From Utricularia gibba (lineage: Eukaryota; Plantae; Magnoliophyta), in assembly GCA_002189035.1 (NCBI GenBank), contig CM007992.1, forward strand, positions 1,550,001 to 1,614,000: DNA of 64,000 nucleotides, given 5' to 3'. How positions within the stretch are numbered: position 1 is the stretch's first letter; each line of letters begins with the position of its first letter. The notes beneath the pieces are model-generated. The model had not been told where the DNA came from and made no database searches. It was given only the letters and a program-made list of their open reading frames with translations. A program made the position numbers and the translations under genes. Of the stretch, positions 61,901-64,000 are shown one piece after another.

Positions 61901-63537
61901 AACTTAGTGCAGTATCCTTGTTTTGAGCTTTGCTAGTTTCTTAATACGTTTATTTTAATATGTGCAATCTCCTTATGTTAAGTCTATGCTTTTGCCAGCT
62001 TAAAAGAGCTGGCTCAAGGTTGAAAAGCCGCATTGTCGCTGAGCAGTCTATTGTGAAATGGTCTCAAATGATTGACCAAATGGAACCTGACGTGTCATTA
62101 ATTCTCCAGGAAGAAAGGTATCTACTTGCTTTTCCTTCTGTAGGATGATTCCATAGAAAGTTTTTGACATTAAGTTTTTTCTAGGGAAGAAATGGCTCTT
62201 CGAAAAGCTGAAATGGAGGCGACAAAGGTTTGCCCACCTATTCATTTGGTTTGGTCACTGTTGTAGCGCAGATGACATGGCTTTCCTGTTATGCTGTTCC
62301 TTGTGTAACTCTTTAATGCGTCAATGTGTAGGCAGAGAACATGATTGCCCACAAGGATGAAATATTTTCGCGCCCAAAAAGAACCTGGTTTGTTACAGAG
62401 AAGGAGAAGAAGAATGTTGCTAAAGCCGCCAAGGCAAGCTATTCTTTTTTTTTCTTTTTGTGCATGCTGCGGCAAAGAGTTTTTTTTTTTTTCCTTTTCT
62501 TTCAACAGTCTGCTTTTAAGAACAATGCATATGATTTTTCTAACGACATTCAAAGCAGAAGCTTGTATTTTCGTTTTCTGAACTATTGTGCTGTGTATTT
62601 GAATGTGCATCCAATTACCTTTTTACGTGCGTTAGGTTTCATCCTGCATTGCGTAGCCTTTAGCGTTTTGCTTTGGCATAAGCGTTTGTGTTGTGCATTT
62701 GTAACTTCCCTGTTGATGACCATGTCTGATGCTCCTGCCTTTCAACATTCCATCAGGAAGCTTTGGGTAACGGCCATGTTTCCACCAAAGAGGTGGTGAG
62801 TGTTGAACAAGCCGAAGAATTGAGGAAAAAAGAAAAAAGAAAGAAAGAACGAGAGGTGCGTTATACTTCCATATGTTTTTTTGTAAGTGAGGCTACACTA
62901 CTCTCTGCGTAAGTTGACACAATCCCCTCTCTCCAAAGAAAAATCTACCAAGGAAAAAGCGGAGAAAACTGGAGGCAGCTAGGGAGATGTTAGAGGACGA
63001 AGATGAAAAGGCAAGACTTTTTTTATTCTTCATTTTGTCTACAAAATCTTGCAAAAGTAAATTGGGTGCCCGCTGTGACGCATTTCAGTTCAGTTGTGGG
63101 TCTCATTCAGTGTTGTGGTGCCTTTACTTTGAATCCACTAGGGAGAAGAGAAAACCAACAAAGGAAAAAGCAGCATTCCCCTCGTTGATGTGGCGTATCG
63201 GAGGGCAAAAGCAGTGAAAGCTGCCAAAAAGGCTATTGATGCTGGAAAGATTTTCCGGAAGCCAGAGAAAAAGCCCAAGAATCGCCCAAAACCGAGGATG
63301 GAAGAGGAGAAGAAGGAAGTCGCTTCCCGTGATGACACGAGGGAGAAGATACGGAAGAAGGCCCCAGGAAAGGGCAAGTCAACCTTCAAGAGCAAATCAC
63401 GGTACCTCATTTTTATCATCAGCTTCTGCCGCATATTTTGCCTCCTTATCCTCGTGGGTCTAATGGCTGAGCCTCGTCCCCAGCTACAAACGCCGATAGT
63501 TTTGAAGACACTCCATCAGCCACCGTATTCGGGATGA
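58964..63537 (+). CDS. RH28: DEAD-box RNA helicase 28-like (DRS1/DDX27 family), multi-exon; 3' end uncertain
   Basis: Acidic N-terminus with SPWDF, Q motif [61 protein letters not shown], and basic C-terminus KSTFKSKSR. The CDS is traced to 63401; the final codons may be in an exon beyond the window or read through to 63537. Confidence 0.9.
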
Positions 63538-64000
63538 CTCTTCTAATTGCCCCTGGGGTGGTGTGGCGTGGCGTGGCCAAGTGTCTGACCCCGGTAAGAG
63601 GGCTGTTGTTTTATTACTTGTGATCTCCTTTCTGCTTCCGCCTTCTCTACTATGGTGGCATTTTTGTTTAATTACCCTTGACAGTGTGCATTTACCTTCT
63701 TGTTTTCAATCCTATTGAACGAGTCAGGGTAGTACGTAGTAGCATAACTCTTGTGTAGTTGAGGGAACACATGTGATGGGGTATCTTTTTGCAACATGCT
63801 TAATTAATGAAAAGACGGTGAACATTTTCTATTCTATTGTAAAGTGGGTAGTAGAGTCTGGTGGGAAGTGCAGCATTGGTTGCAATCAATTGGAACAGCA
63901 GTGAATGATAATCATATATTCCAAAGATTGTCCCGTCTAACCCCTTGTCACTAGACACGGAGATCTATGATTGTTATGGCTCGTATGGAAGAATCTGTAA

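Overview
Plant nuclear genomic DNA with no rRNA, tRNA or CRISPR features. The left ~38 kb is a rearranged, transposon-rich cell-wall invertase (GH32) locus. Two intact invertase genes lie head-to-head (15812-18332 minus; 33260-35781 plus) in an old inverted duplication (arms ~15420-20534 and ~30409-36330). By eye the arms are identical over ~2.08 kb, from just upstream of the TATA box through exons 1-3, introns 1-3 and most of exon 4, apart from one poly-T length difference. The promoters, 3' exons (~9% in exon 6) and 3' flanks are clearly diverged, which points to recent arm-to-arm gene conversion, or to an assembly artefact. The ~9.9 kb spacer holds a degenerate full-length Copia element and an intact meiotic crossover gene, PARTING DANCERS (PTD). 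The last 11 PTD codons are also copied into the left arm. GDSL esterase/lipase relics occur in both arms, at ~11.3-12.2 kb, and as an isolated exon 1 just downstream of LHCB5, so the right invertase lies between the two halves of a GDSL gene. A third copy of the invertase 3' flank lies at 4.4-7.5 kb. Other elements are a broken Copia with nested insertions, two related solo LTRs, hAT-type non-autonomous elements and a plastid rps7 insertion. The right ~26 kb is ordinary gene space: LHCB5, a small YALNFDDG-motif ORF, a PSK-SIMULATOR-like (DUF3475/DUF668) gene, a DnaJ11-like gene, a thaumatin-like gene and DEAD-box helicase RH28. All identities were estimated by manual comparison, not by computed alignment.
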